From an uncultured virus (IMG/VR IMGVR_UViG_3300037493_002973) (lineage: Duplodnaviria > Heunggongvirae > Uroviricota > Caudoviricetes), in the IMG/VR virus record IMGVR_UViG_3300037493_002973: 64,000 nucleotides of DNA. One strand, written 5' to 3'. The notes below the pieces were generated by a model. That model ran no database searches and was not told where the DNA came from. It saw nothing but the letters and a program-made list of their open reading frames with translations. Shown in pieces: positions 25,036 to 35,251 of the stretch (within the stretch, counting starts at the first letter, position 1; each line of letters begins with the position of its first letter). Both the position numbers and the translations under genes were made by a program.

Positions 25036-28000
25036 TTACGACTTAAATGCGTTTCTATCCCTTGCGTAGTATTTTAAAACAAAAGCTCTTAATGTATTAT
25101 TAGAGAATGTGTCGAATATAGCCCTTACAATAAGGTATCTACCTCGGATAAATTCCTCTCCTGTATTCACGCCTGTTATAGCGCTATTACTCTTTATTGG
25201 GGACATCCACATATCTTCATTCGGCTCAAATTCCGTATCGTCAAGGAAACTTTCTTGGTCGAACGTCTCAAATTCAACTCTATCAGGGGCAGTATTTGCA
25301 GAAGATTGTATGGAAGCATATCGTTTAGAATTATCGGGGAAAGTATTATGCACGGCTTCCACATAGGCAATATCTATAAGTTCCTCTCCATTAAGCATCC
25401 ACCAACGAAGTCTATCTCCTTTTCTATGTAAGAACAAGCTGCTTTTAACGCTAGGGTGCGTTGTAACAAACTTATTATTCCAAGTCATATAAATCCTTGG
25501 CATGGGGGTGTAGAAGCAAGAGAATCCGTCTTTTACCTCATTCCAAGCAATACTGAACTCGGTATAATTATCGGGGTCTGTGTGCGGAATAACTTCCCAA
25601 TACGTTTCCCAATCAGACCCAACTCCAGGTTCTGTTGCAAGAGTTGCTGAATGGTTTACTAATGCTCGGTACAAATCGGGTAATTGATGGAAGTTACTTG
25701 GGATTGCATTAGGAGAAACTCTAATTTGTCCTTCTGAAATTCCTCTTCCACTTTTCCATTCTGTAGCCTTTCTTCTTCCTGTAAAAGTCCAAATTGCTTC
25801 TGAGTAGTCTTTATCCCAAATGCCTCTTATTCCGTACATCTCGTAAGGAGCATCTTCATTAACAATCCATTTCGCGTTTTCTTTAATCCAAGTATAAATG
25901 GGTTGTCTTTCAGAAATAACTACAAGACCATCTGCCCCGAATCTACAGAACTGAAACTCTACGGGATTATACCAAAAAGCAATGTCTTTTCCTCCTTCGG
26001 AACGCCCGTAAATAATTCCTTCACGCTTGCTTGTTCCAAATACAGAAAGTTCAATCCCGTTTCTACTCATAACAGTACCGTCACCAATACTCACGTTAAG
26101 AGAACCTTCGGAGGTTTGGAGTAATCCTGCTGCATTAAAGAACTGTCGCATGAAGTTATTCCTCTGCCAAGAAACAAGCTCTCCGTTTATAGGTTTGTGC
26201 CAAGTGATTTCTCCTTTTGTAAGGTCAAGGTCTTTGAAATTTAAGATGGGCACAAATCTGTATCTATCTGAAAGGGCATCTACAATAGCGGCTTCTGTCC
26301 AATGTAACCTTGTAGGAAATGTTCCTCTTTTTAAGAAGGAAACTATAAATGGAGTAAATACTTGGATTTTAAACTCGGGGGTGTATGCAGAAGAGTAGGT
26401 AAATTCATCTTTTTTTGCATCTGTCGATTCAATCCAAGCGGTTTCATCTGTTGTATCTCCAAGGAAAATCTGTTGCGTTCCTCCTGAGTGGCGCATTTGA
26501 GAGTTAACCCTGTTTTGGGTATATATTTTGAATGCAGAGCCAAATCCAGGACGTGCCGCGAATCCTTCTCCATCATCTGTTTGGGAAGCATCAAAACCTT
26601 TATCCCAAGAAGACTCTCCTGTACGAACCGCTTCATTCATATAACGGTTCTTTATGTATGTACCTTGCGTAAAGGTATCTCCACCGAATATTGGATAAGA
26701 ACCGCTTTGAATTACCGTATCGTCAAGATTAATGTCGAACTCCGCGCAAACCTCTCTGTAGATAGTGTCTTCGCTTGGGCCATACGGGTCATCAATTTGT
26801 CGAACAAGTTGAACATAGAAAGTTCCAATGCAAATCTCTTCTGTTTTCTTTGCAAGGTACTTAGCGTTTCTTTCTTCGATTGATTCTGTGTGTGTGGCAA
26901 GGTAATTTTCAGTACTAGAATTGTTACCTATTTCAATAGTAGAATGCCAAGTTCCTGTTTGGTTGAATCCTGTGTTTAAGAATAACTCTCCTTTGTTTCT
27001 ATTTTGCTGCCAATAACTTCCATCAGCAGTTCCGTAAGGACTTCCTTTTTGGGAATGTTGATGAAGCATTATAGGGTATTCAGAAGGATTGTTAGGGTCA
27101 TCACCACCTTTTCTGTCGCTTCCCATTTGAAGAACTATTGCAGGGCAGTTATTCCAAAGAAATAATGGGGATGGGTTGTATGCGCTAATCTCTTCCTCTT
27201 CATCCGCAGGATTGGGTTCGGATATGTATGGTTGGTTTTGCCAAATATCTGTTCTTCTATCACCGTCTGTAGGAATACCAAAGTATTTTTTTAGATTGAT
27301 TGAAGCAAGATTTCTTTTATAAGTTTTATCGAAGTAAATATCTTTTTCTGTTATTCCTGTTTGAGCATTAAGAGCAGCTCCTTCCTTATATTTAAAAGGT
27401 TCCAAATCTGTTTCGTCAGCATGATTTAAAGGCTTGGAATGTTGTATGTCGTAATCTCTCCAAGTCCTTGTTAAATCTGCAGGATACGGATGAAGTTCGC
27501 TATACATATTAAAAGCTCTTCCCCAAGCTTGAGGAGAAGTTGTTTTAACGCGGATTGCCTCATGGTTAATTGCCATTGCCCGAAGTTTATATCTTCCTTG
27601 GTTAAGGTCTTCGGGGTCAATCTTTCCGAATAATGAATCAGGGCAATAAAGGGAGAGTATATTCGGGAAAGCAATTAAAGCAGTTCTATCATTTCCCTGT
27701 TCGTAGTTCCAATTATTTAATGTATCTCCTCCTTCTTGATTTTGATTAGATATTTTCCAATCACCAGTACCTCCTGTATCATCAAGCATATAAATATCCC
27801 AAGTTCCATCAGGGCGCAAAGGTGTTCTTCCGAATGGTTGTCCAACCATTGCTCCTAATGGATAACTAAACTGAAGTTGTTCCGAAATAGGATTTGTTGG
27901 GGCATTCGTATAAAGAAGATTTGCGTCAATAAACATTGGGTCGTCAGGAGGATAAATTCCACCCGATACATACGGAAACTCATGTACTACTTTATTATTT

Positions 28001-30420
28001 TCCCCGTAGATACAGGTTTTCCATCTTTCAGGACTATATATGTATCCATCCCAAGGGCTAGGAATAGATCTAAATGCAGGGATTTGAGAATTAGGTCCAT
28101 AAAGCATAACATTTGCAGGGTGCGAAACGCTTTGTATGCACATTCCTGTAGAAAGTACTGTTGTAATAGTATCAGGTCTAAGAAACTCAATCTTATCGTA
28201 TTTCTGCCTAAGAGGAACTCCGCCAATAATAGTTGTCATGTCTGCTCCGAAGAACTCTACAAAAGTTACATGCACTCTACACGAAACGTCTTGTGGCTCT
28301 ACGGGTAAAGGTGCTGTTATGGGACTTGTAGGATTACTTGTTAAACCCCAATTTACTTTTGTTGCAGCGCCAACAGGTGCGGGTCCATTCTGTCCTATTC
28401 CGTAAGAAACTATTGATTGGTCGCGTCTGTTGTCTGTTGGGTTCCCAAGGTTAGTTGGAAAGGCATCCATAGAAATATCGTCTACAAGGAAAACCTTTGT
28501 CCATTTCTTTGTTTCGCGATTCCTTAATCGAACTCCACATCTGTAAATCTCATTGTCCATATATCCAATGTATCGAAATACATTTTGTGGGTCTTGGTAC
28601 TCCCCTACGGTAGCTGTTTGCGGAACACCTGACGCAAATCTTCCTGCTTCGCTAATAAAAGCCGTCATTACTCGGTGCTTAAATGTTTTTGCCCAAGCGG
28701 TTAAATCATCTTCATCAAACCTATCTAAGTTTGAGAAAATCATTCTACTATCGAGAACACTACTATTCTCTGCTGTGTCAAACAGTTCAGAACTTACATC
28801 AGGAATATCGGATAGAGCAAGATTGGTCGGTTGCTCGTACCCATCGTGTTGATAGGTGAAAACGTTGTGAAGTTGTTGCCCAATTCCTTGTCCTTTCAAA
28901 GAAACTCTTGCAATCATTTTTGCTGCGGGAGAATCTCCATTATATTCTACAACTCCAATCTCTATAAAGTCGTAAGCGTATCTATCAACGTTCTTGATTG
29001 TTAGAAGATTGATTTTTCCCGTAAATACTCCTGGATTTGAACCAATTACTTTATTTCCAAATGAACTTACAATGTTTGAAGGAGCGTAAACCTCTACCAT
29101 GCTTGTAGGTAAAGACCATTGGCTTGGTACGAGAAACTTATTTAGAAGCCTTGCTGTGTACCTGTATGTTCCCGCAATAAGGTTTCCTCCGTCTTGGTCT
29201 TGGCTTGTAAAGTCAATTTCTAAGTTGGTATTTCTTGGGATGTGCGAAATAGCATCTGCTAAGTGTCCATACCAATAAAGGTTGTCTCCGTTTACGTGGG
29301 CAAGAAATCCATCTACTACATAGTTATTGATGTAATACATAGCTTTCGGATTTGTATGCCCGTCAGTAAAGTAGAAAGATGTTCTGTAATTATTGAGTTC
29401 TACATGAGGTCTATCGAGCGTCCAAAGTGTTCGTAATGGAATGTCTTTGGTGCGGATAAGCCTCTTGTAGGTGTAGGTAGACAAGTCAATATCCTCTGTT
29501 AATACTCCAATCTCTCCAATCGCTTCAGGATGGATGTAGATTTTAGTATCTGCCCCTTGGAAGCCTAATGGCATAGTTCCTCCCCAAAGGAGTTCTGTTG
29601 GGATTCCTATTGTAGTCGCGTTGGGAACTGTAGCAACGATAAACGTTCCGTTGCACCAATAAAGTAGACTATAAGCAATCCTTATGCGTTGTCCAACAGA
29701 AATTCCGTGCGGAGTAGTGAAAGTAATTTCAGTTATTGGACCTACAAAGTTTGGACCCGAAGTTGGTCCTGTTCCAGCAATAGTTAAATCAAGTTCCGTT
29801 TCCTCGTATCTCTGCGTTGTACTCCAAATAAAGAGTGTTCCATTTAGGTCAAAAGATTGGATTGGGATAAGTTGTCCTGCAAGGTCTGTACTTATAGATT
29901 CTCGGATAATTACATAGTCATAAAAATCCTGTCCTGCGGGACCAAGTATCTCGAGGTTGTATTCAAGTCCATCAACAATATCTAATTCAAAATCTACATA
30001 TCCGTTTCCTGAGATTAGAATTATTGAATATCCTGCAAGTGAATTGAAGTAAGATTGAGTTGTAGAAATGAATGCTGCTTTGGCGGCACTTCCCGAAACT
30101 AATCCACCTGAAATGTATGTCCAAGTTGGCCCAACTCCTCCTCCATTAGGAAGAGATATTCCGCAAACCATGTAAAATCCTGAAACAATATTCGGAAAGT
30201 AAATCCTATACCGTTTATTCTGAGCGGTAACAGAGCCAATGTCAATTATGTATTCATTCCCAAGAGTTGCTTTAGTTCCTTTTGAAGTCCCTGTAGAATC
30301 TCTTGTCTGTACTATATTTTTAGCATAGCGATAATGACCGTCATCAATTGCTGTTGGGTCGGAATCCAAATCCATGTTCCCAAGAAGCCCAAGTATTTCC
30401 TCTTTATATGAATCTGCCAT
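25036..30420 (-). CDS. Tail muzzle / stabilisation (nozzle) protein, crAss-like
   Basis: MDLDSDPTAIDDGHYRYAKNI N-terminus; C-terminal AWNEVKDGFSCFY...IRGRYLIVR pattern; follows ring proteins. Confidence 0.75.
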   Translation of the reverse strand: MADSYKEEILGLLGNMDLDSDPTAIDDGHYRYAKNIVQTRDSTGTSKGTKATLGNEYIIDIGSVTAQNKRYRIYFPNIVSGFYMVCGISLPNGGGVGPTWTYISGGLVSGSAAKAAFISTTQSYFNSLAGYSIILISGNGYVDFELDIVDGLEYNLEILGPAGQDFYDYVIIRESISTDLAGQLIPIQSFDLNGTLFIWSTTQRYEETELDLTIAGTGPTSGPNFVGPITEITFTTPHGISVGQRIRIAYSLLYWCNGTFIVATVPNATTIGIPTELLWGGTMPLGFQGADTKIYIHPEAIGEIGVLTEDIDLSTYTYKRLIRTKDIPLRTLWTLDRPHVELNNYRTSFYFTDGHTNPKAMYYINNYVVDGFLAHVNGDNLYWYGHLADAISHIPRNTNLEIDFTSQDQDGGNLIAGTYRYTARLLNKFLVPSQWSLPTSMVEVYAPSNIVSSFGNKVIGSNPGVFTGKINLLTIKNVDRYAYDFIEIGVVEYNGDSPAAKMIARVSLKGQGIGQQLHNVFTYQHDGYEQPTNLALSDIPDVSSELFDTAENSSVLDSRMIFSNLDRFDEDDLTAWAKTFKHRVMTAFISEAGRFASGVPQTATVGEYQDPQNVFRYIGYMDNEIYRCGVRLRNRETKKWTKVFLVDDISMDAFPTNLGNPTDNRRDQSIVSYGIGQNGPAPVGAATKVNWGLTSNPTSPITAPLPVEPQDVSCRVHVTFVEFFGADMTTIIGGVPLRQKYDKIEFLRPDTITTVLSTGMCIQSVSHPANVMLYGPNSQIPAFRSIPSPWDGYIYSPERWKTCIYGENNKVVHEFPYVSGGIYPPDDPMFIDANLLYTNAPTNPISEQLQFSYPLGAMVGQPFGRTPLRPDGTWDIYMLDDTGGTGDWKISNQNQEGGDTLNNWNYEQGNDRTALIAFPNILSLYCPDSLFGKIDPEDLNQGRYKLRAMAINHEAIRVKTTSPQAWGRAFNMYSELHPYPADLTRTWRDYDIQHSKPLNHADETDLEPFKYKEGAALNAQTGITEKDIYFDKTYKRNLASINLKKYFGIPTDGDRRTDIWQNQPYISEPNPADEEEEISAYNPSPLFLWNNCPAIVLQMGSDRKGGDDPNNPSEYPIMLHQHSQKGSPYGTADGSYWQQNRNKGELFLNTGFNQTGTWHSTIEIGNNSSTENYLATHTESIEERNAKYLAKKTEEICIGTFYVQLVRQIDDPYGPSEDTIYREVCAEFDINLDDTVIQSGSYPIFGGDTFTQGTYIKNRYMNEAVRTGESSWDKGFDASQTDDGEGFAARPGFGSAFKIYTQNRVNSQMRHSGGTQQIFLGDTTDETAWIESTDAKKDEFTYSSAYTPEFKIQVFTPFIVSFLKRGTFPTRLHWTEAAIVDALSDRYRFVPILNFKDLDLTKGEITWHKPINGELVSWQRNNFMRQFFNAAGLLQTSEGSLNVSIGDGTVMSRNGIELSVFGTSKREGIIYGRSEGGKDIAFWYNPVEFQFCRFGADGLVVISERQPIYTWIKENAKWIVNEDAPYEMYGIRGIWDKDYSEAIWTFTGRRKATEWKSGRGISEGQIRVSPNAIPSNFHQLPDLYRALVNHSATLATEPGVGSDWETYWEVIPHTDPDNYTEFSIAWNEVKDGFSCFYTPMPRIYMTWNNKFVTTHPSVKSSLFLHRKGDRLRWWMLNGEELIDIAYVEAVHNTFPDNSKRYASIQSSANTAPDRVEFETFDQESFLDDTEFEPNEDMWMSPIKSNSAITGVNTGEEFIRGRYLIVRAIFDTFSNNTLRAFVLKYYARDRNAFKS

Positions 30421-30421
30421 G

Positions 30422-31123
30422 TTATCTTAATACTATAGAGTTGTATGCGCCTATCCAAGCTGTAAATACTCTTCCGATTGCTTGTTTATTATTCTGCCAT
30501 TTAGTTACGTTAGCGGATGCTTGGAGGTACTTCTTTTGGTTATTGTATTCTGTTCTTGCGTTAGCGCCTTTCCCCATAAGCATTTGTGCCCTTGCAAGGT
30601 TATCGTGTGTAGGACCAACTTTTTCGCAGAACCTCCAAACCATGTAAGCCCTTACTGCTCTTTCATGCGTAAGTTTCATAACGGGTTGCCCATTTTCATC
30701 TATGCGCATTCCTAAGAAAGCAACAGAAGCGGTTGTGGCTGTCATTGCATCGGGATTCCTAAACACAAGGTGATTGCCATTTATTTGAACGGATGTCGAT
30801 ATAAAACCCGAACAAGTAGACGTATCGCAATTACAGTAGCTAATTACTTTAGTTTCTAAGTACGGAAGCCCTACACAAACTCCTTGCTCGTTTTGGAACC
30901 ATGCACCCATAAAACGGATAAACCCGCAAGGCAAAGGTGCTGTTCCATCTTCTACTGGAACTACTTCCGTGCGGAGTTCAAACATGGACAAATCTGAGAT
31001 ATGTCGCATGGCTTCGTCTGCCATAAGCAATAGAAAAGGGTCGTAGTCTGTTGTGTTCTCTATGTCGAGGAATAGTTTCGCAGATGCGATTACTTGGCTG
31101 TAAGGAATTTCCTCGTATATCAT
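30422..31123 (-). CDS. Tail ring / tubular protein
   Basis: APLPCGF and GMRIDENGQPVM motifs; immediately upstream of the muzzle gene. Confidence 0.65.
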   Translation of the reverse strand: MIYEEIPYSQVIASAKLFLDIENTTDYDPFLLLMADEAMRHISDLSMFELRTEVVPVEDGTAPLPCGFIRFMGAWFQNEQGVCVGLPYLETKVISYCNCDTSTCSGFISTSVQINGNHLVFRNPDAMTATTASVAFLGMRIDENGQPVMKLTHERAVRAYMVWRFCEKVGPTHDNLARAQMLMGKGANARTEYNNQKKYLQASANVTKWQNNKQAIGRVFTAWIGAYNSIVLR

Positions 31124-31464
31124 CTTTTCTTATCTTCTTTAGGTACTACAAATAACGGACTTTTCTGACACTTAGCCCATCCATTTGAACCTGTATTTAT
31201 CAAGCGATTCATAGCAAACCACTTCACGTAAAGATAATACGGATATTCTGCTTCTACGGACTTGAAATGAAGCTCTGCAATCTCAATAGATGCAAGGCAT
31301 AGTCTGAATAGTTTCTCCCGCATGAACAAACAATCGTAACCTTTAATGGAAAGCCAAATTGTATGCAAGGCTTTCATCCTTGTACTATCTCCTTCAAGGC
31401 TTCTTGCGTATCTGCAAAGTTCCTTCTCGAAGTCGTTGTCCCTATTTACGTTATCCTTAAACAT
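31120..31464 (-). CDS. Hypothetical protein between ring genes
   Basis: 114-aa ORF with ATGA overlap to the next gene. Confidence 0.5.
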   Translation of the reverse strand: MFKDNVNRDNDFEKELCRYARSLEGDSTRMKALHTIWLSIKGYDCLFMREKLFRLCLASIEIAELHFKSVEAEYPYYLYVKWFAMNRLINTGSNGWAKCQKSPLFVVPKEDKKR

Positions 31465-31529
31465 GACATCACAATTTGTGATTTCAAGATTTTGTCCAGT
31501 TTATTTACTAAAAAACTGGACATTTATCT

Positions 31530-32195
31530 CTATTGAGCAACCGCAGTTTGAATGTCGTCAGCCCCGTTCGCGATTACGTTAGCGGGTCTTTGCAGGTACT
31601 TAACAAATCTTCCATCGCGAAGATACTGCTCAACCATATTAAGGCACTCAGGGGTAATTGGGTATTGGTCTAACTGGCGGTTAAATGGAGTGAGGTCGTT
31701 AAGGGGGTCTTGGAAGATGGAATACCCTACTGCTGTTTTCGGTCTAACCGCGTCTGCTGTATGGAATACCCTTACGAGTTCTGCTTGGGGTTCTAATACG
31801 TAGTAATACCCTTCGGTTTTTATACGTGAACCCATTGCGTTTTTTAGATTGGAGTATTGAGCAAAACTCTTTACCCTTGTCCAAGACACGTCTCCTTTAA
31901 ATTTCCCTAAGTATTGATGTCCGTCAATTTGACTATTGATATTCAAAACAGCGGGGTATCTAAATAAAGTATAGCAATCGTCCTCTTGTAAATCCTCTTC
32001 GTATCTAATGTCAGCGTATTGGTAGTAGATTTCGTTAACATTGTTTCTGCTCGGGTACATTTCCTTTATACACGTAGCACGAGCATACCCTAAGAATGCT
32101 TCTGCAAACTTTACCTCTGTTAGGTTTTCTTGAGTGAATACACCTCCTCCGATAGAGGACTGAAGGAGTTCAACACATTCTCTTAGTGTAGGCAT
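31530..32195 (-). CDS. Tail ring protein
   Basis: IFQDP...DQYPIT motif typical of crAss-like ring proteins; position in tail module. Confidence 0.6.
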   Translation of the reverse strand: MPTLRECVELLQSSIGGGVFTQENLTEVKFAEAFLGYARATCIKEMYPSRNNVNEIYYQYADIRYEEDLQEDDCYTLFRYPAVLNINSQIDGHQYLGKFKGDVSWTRVKSFAQYSNLKNAMGSRIKTEGYYYVLEPQAELVRVFHTADAVRPKTAVGYSIFQDPLNDLTPFNRQLDQYPITPECLNMVEQYLRDGRFVKYLQRPANVIANGADDIQTAVAQ

Positions 32196-32198
32196 GGG

Positions 32199-33284
32199 TT
32201 AAGGATTCATTTGCGCTGAAGCATTCATAGCTTGCGCTTGTTCGGGTTCTCTTACTTGAAGCATAAACGAAACAACGGCTTCATCTACAATCTTCATTAG
32301 GTACTTAAAGTCGTAATACTGTTCTAAATCCAATGTAGTGTTTAGAACGTCAATAGTTATTGGAGGATAGCGCATGTAATCCACCTTTACGCTATCGCAA
32401 ATGGAATTTGTAGGGAATAGAATAATGGAGTTGTTTGAGATGCCGTATTTAGGTGCCCAAACATCTGCTTGGCTACTTGGAGCGATTCTCCTGTCGGAGT
32501 GCATCCTTGTAGAATATTCTGAAACGATAATCTTCGCTTGTCCACTTCCTTGATATGTTCCTGAGAGAACTGCGGGGATAGTCAACGCTTCATTCGTATA
32601 GATATAAACGCTTGTTCTATTACGTTGTTTGCAATAAAAGTCCCCGTTCAATCCTGTTACTCCAAGGGCGTTTAAAATCCGAATCTTCGTATTGTTTCTA
32701 ACCTTGTTTCTAATATCGAACCTTATGTAGGGAACATTTGCGGTAGATACAAATTCAATATCCAAAAGTTCGTTATCCGTAAAAGTCGTTTCAATCGCTA
32801 ATGGGTGAAGTATGTTCGCAAACATAAATGGGGTGGAAATCGACCCAGTTCCTTGCACCCAAACACCTACAACGCCAATCTGTGTAAAGGTTACTTGATT
32901 TGGGGTAGGGACGGTAAGAACCGTGTAGGTATTGTTGATGTTCAATCCTTGTAAGTCACTTATTGTAAGGGTATCCCCAGCTTGTAATTGATGGTCTGAA
33001 TCTGTAGTTACACTAACGATACCACCTATAAATGTCGCTGCGGTTATTCTTAATGGCCCAGTATAAAAACGGTTGTCACGAACTGTAATGATCTGATTCA
33101 TCAACGTCAATGGAGATAACTCGTCTGAGGTCTTTTCGGTTTTATTCGTGCTGTATAGTTTTTCGGCAATTCTTATTTCAGAAGCTCTTATTAGTCTATT
33201 CGCACGGGTGCTGTTTAGATAGCCTGTATAGTTTTGGTCTATACCGTTCTTAATGAAGTTGTAGAACTCGGCACCTGTTGTCAT
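32199..33284 (-). CDS. Head-tail ring protein with two inserted small beta domains
   Basis: TEKTSDELSPL and VDYMRYPP motifs; inserts HQLQAGDTLTISDLQG and KVRNNTKIRILNALGVTGLNG. Confidence 0.65.
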   Translation of the reverse strand: MTTGAEFYNFIKNGIDQNYTGYLNSTRANRLIRASEIRIAEKLYSTNKTEKTSDELSPLTLMNQIITVRDNRFYTGPLRITAATFIGGIVSVTTDSDHQLQAGDTLTISDLQGLNINNTYTVLTVPTPNQVTFTQIGVVGVWVQGTGSISTPFMFANILHPLAIETTFTDNELLDIEFVSTANVPYIRFDIRNKVRNNTKIRILNALGVTGLNGDFYCKQRNRTSVYIYTNEALTIPAVLSGTYQGSGQAKIIVSEYSTRMHSDRRIAPSSQADVWAPKYGISNNSIILFPTNSICDSVKVDYMRYPPITIDVLNTTLDLEQYYDFKYLMKIVDEAVVSFMLQVREPEQAQAMNASAQMNP

Positions 33285-33308
33285 TTACGCTTGGGATATT
33301 AGTAAAGG

Positions 33309-33316
33309 CAAAGATA
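33309..33316 (-). promoter_or_regulatory. Bacteroidota-type -7 promoter box for ring/muzzle genes
   Basis: CAAAGATA on plus within a 34-bp gap. Confidence 0.65.
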
Positions 33317-33318
33317 GA

Positions 33319-33837
33319 TTAAAACTTCCTTTCGTGTACTCCCTCGTGACATGCCTTACATAGAACCATCAAATCCTCCATCTTTTCTTTATAGAGGGTG
33401 TCGTAGTGCAAATGATGTAGGTGAAGGTTAAACGGGGTCTTACAAAGATGGCAAAACTTCCCGTGATATTTCAATGCTTGTTCTCTTTTCTTTTTCCAAG
33501 CAGGGGACTTCATGTAACTTTCATACCCCGCGTAATTTTCCTTACCGATGTTCTTTCTTGGGACTACTACAACTGTTTTCTTTTTAGGTTTCTTGTCGGG
33601 GGTTATTACTAAGTCCTCTCTCGAATTATACAACTCCCAAATCCACTTACGGAGTTCTGCATAGGAACCTACGGTAATGTTTCTTGTACTGGCAAATATC
33701 TCTCGGAGTTCTTTGCTTGGAGTATCGGTTAAATCTCTGTGGGAACTTCTTGATTGAAGAAACTCTCGGATGCAATCATCTATTACATTCCAATGTTTCT
33801 CGTTGTTTGCTAATGGGGTTTTCTTCTTTTTTGCCAT
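33319..33837 (-). CDS. HNH endonuclease
   Basis: YMKSPAWKKKR...CHLC...LHLHHLHY...LMVLCKACHEGVH. Confidence 0.85.
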   Translation of the reverse strand: MAKKKKTPLANNEKHWNVIDDCIREFLQSRSSHRDLTDTPSKELREIFASTRNITVGSYAELRKWIWELYNSREDLVITPDKKPKKKTVVVVPRKNIGKENYAGYESYMKSPAWKKKREQALKYHGKFCHLCKTPFNLHLHHLHYDTLYKEKMEDLMVLCKACHEGVHERKF

Positions 33838-33838
33838 A

Positions 33839-34837
33839 CTATAAATCCGTTTGGAAATCCAAAATTTTCCCCTTCCCTAAATGTGCAACTACTACAAGCA
33901 ATTCATTATTGGAATCCCTGTAGGAATCTTTTTTAGTAATACTTATAGGAGTACTTCTAAGGGAATTATTTCTGAAATACTTAGATAAATCATTCAAAAC
34001 ACACATTCCAATATCTGCCTTAGAAAGTGGCGCGGTGGAAGACTGCGATTTTTTGAAACGAGCTTGTTCTAAGTTTTCAACTTTCTCCAAAAGTTCGGGT
34101 CTAAAGTGATATTCCCTGTAGCATGTCAGCATCTTGTAATTGCATACAAAACATGATTCGGGAGTAATCTTATTAGTCCCCCTTTCGGAGTCCTTAACAA
34201 GGCGCATAATCGTATTCGTGTTGAGTTTTTCCGTCTGTTTCATACGAGGAACGATATTCCTACGGTAGTAACTGACGGGAACTCCGAATAGTTCTGCTGC
34301 TTTTGTGTCGGATAAACGAAATTCATCTACTGTTTCAGCGCGGAATCCTTCTTTGTTGGCATACTTTCTGAACTTCGATTGCATTGCTGCAATGGAGTGG
34401 AACATTTGAGATTTGCCTTGCGAAGAAGTTATTGCTTGGTTTTGATCGCGCTTTAGACTGGAGATGTATTTCTGTTGGATAAAAAGGTTTTCGAGGTTAA
34501 GTAGGCATAATTCTCCGTGTATTTCATCGTCTGTCATAGACGGAGTGAATGCTATTCTATTGAATACAGATTGCTTCTCATTCTTTTCATTGCTGTATAG
34601 ATTGGTGAAGCGCATTACTTTCCCTTCATCGAAGGTTATAAAGCGTTCTTTCTTCAGGAAGTTTAGTGTTCGGGAAGCCTTTGTTGTGCCGCACCCAAGA
34701 ATACCTGCAATGTATTTAAGGTCGTATATCTTTGTGTATCCATTGCGGAAATGAAGTTTTAAGCGCACGAAGGAAACAAGGTATCTGTACCTCTCCTTGT
34801 TTATGTAGTTCGTTACGCTTGCTCTGTGTACCTTCAT
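33839..34837 (-). CDS. Tandem winged-HTH DNA-binding protein, replication-initiator-like
   Basis: Two HTH-like segments: LKYIAGILGCGTTKASRTLNFLKKERFI and LSDTKAAELFGVPVSYYRR. Confidence 0.55.
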   Translation of the reverse strand: MKVHRASVTNYINKERYRYLVSFVRLKLHFRNGYTKIYDLKYIAGILGCGTTKASRTLNFLKKERFITFDEGKVMRFTNLYSNEKNEKQSVFNRIAFTPSMTDDEIHGELCLLNLENLFIQQKYISSLKRDQNQAITSSQGKSQMFHSIAAMQSKFRKYANKEGFRAETVDEFRLSDTKAAELFGVPVSYYRRNIVPRMKQTEKLNTNTIMRLVKDSERGTNKITPESCFVCNYKMLTCYREYHFRPELLEKVENLEQARFKKSQSSTAPLSKADIGMCVLNDLSKYFRNNSLRSTPISITKKDSYRDSNNELLVVVAHLGKGKILDFQTDL

Positions 34838-34845
34838 TTATATCC

Positions 34846-34953
34846 AAAAAAAAAGACCTGATGAAAAACGAGGCACATTTTTCTTAGGTCTTTAATTCGG
34901 GAAGGCTATTTGCAGTCCCTGAAAGTCTTCAAGTTAAATGTGCCTCATTTAAC
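34846..34953 (-). promoter_or_regulatory. Attenuator-like leader (5' hairpin plus intrinsic terminator with complementary loops)
   Basis: Hairpin 34933-34953; terminator 34852-34893 with U-tail; 11-nt complementarity between 34870-34880 and 34936-34946. Confidence 0.7.
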
Positions 34954-34981
34954 CGTTCGTAAAATTACTTCAATAATTCAA

Positions 34982-35248
34982 CTATGTACCCCAAACTGTA
35001 AAAATATTTTTAGCGGCAATTACATCTGCCATATCTGAATCCTTGTTGAGGGGAAATATCACTCCATCATTAGTAGTCATTCCGCAGCGAACAATGAAAT
35101 TGCTTTCATCGAAAACAAAGAACATAGACACTCTCGAGGAACATTTGTAATGATAGCATCGTTTCCCATTGGAATCCCATATAAGTTTGAATCCCGCTTC
35201 GAGAAGTCCGTTTAGGAATACTTTTGGTTTAATCTCTTCGGGTGCCAT
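34982..35248 (-). CDS. Hypothetical protein
   Basis: 88-aa ORF in operon. Confidence 0.6.
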   Translation of the reverse strand: MAPEEIKPKVFLNGLLEAGFKLIWDSNGKRCYHYKCSSRVSMFFVFDESNFIVRCGMTTNDGVIFPLNKDSDMADVIAAKNIFTVWGT

Positions 35249-35251
35249 AAC

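Noticed and set aside
12105..30715. Numerous plus-strand ORFs opposite the large structural genes
   Set aside because: Antisense shadow ORFs caused by codon bias of the minus-strand genes.
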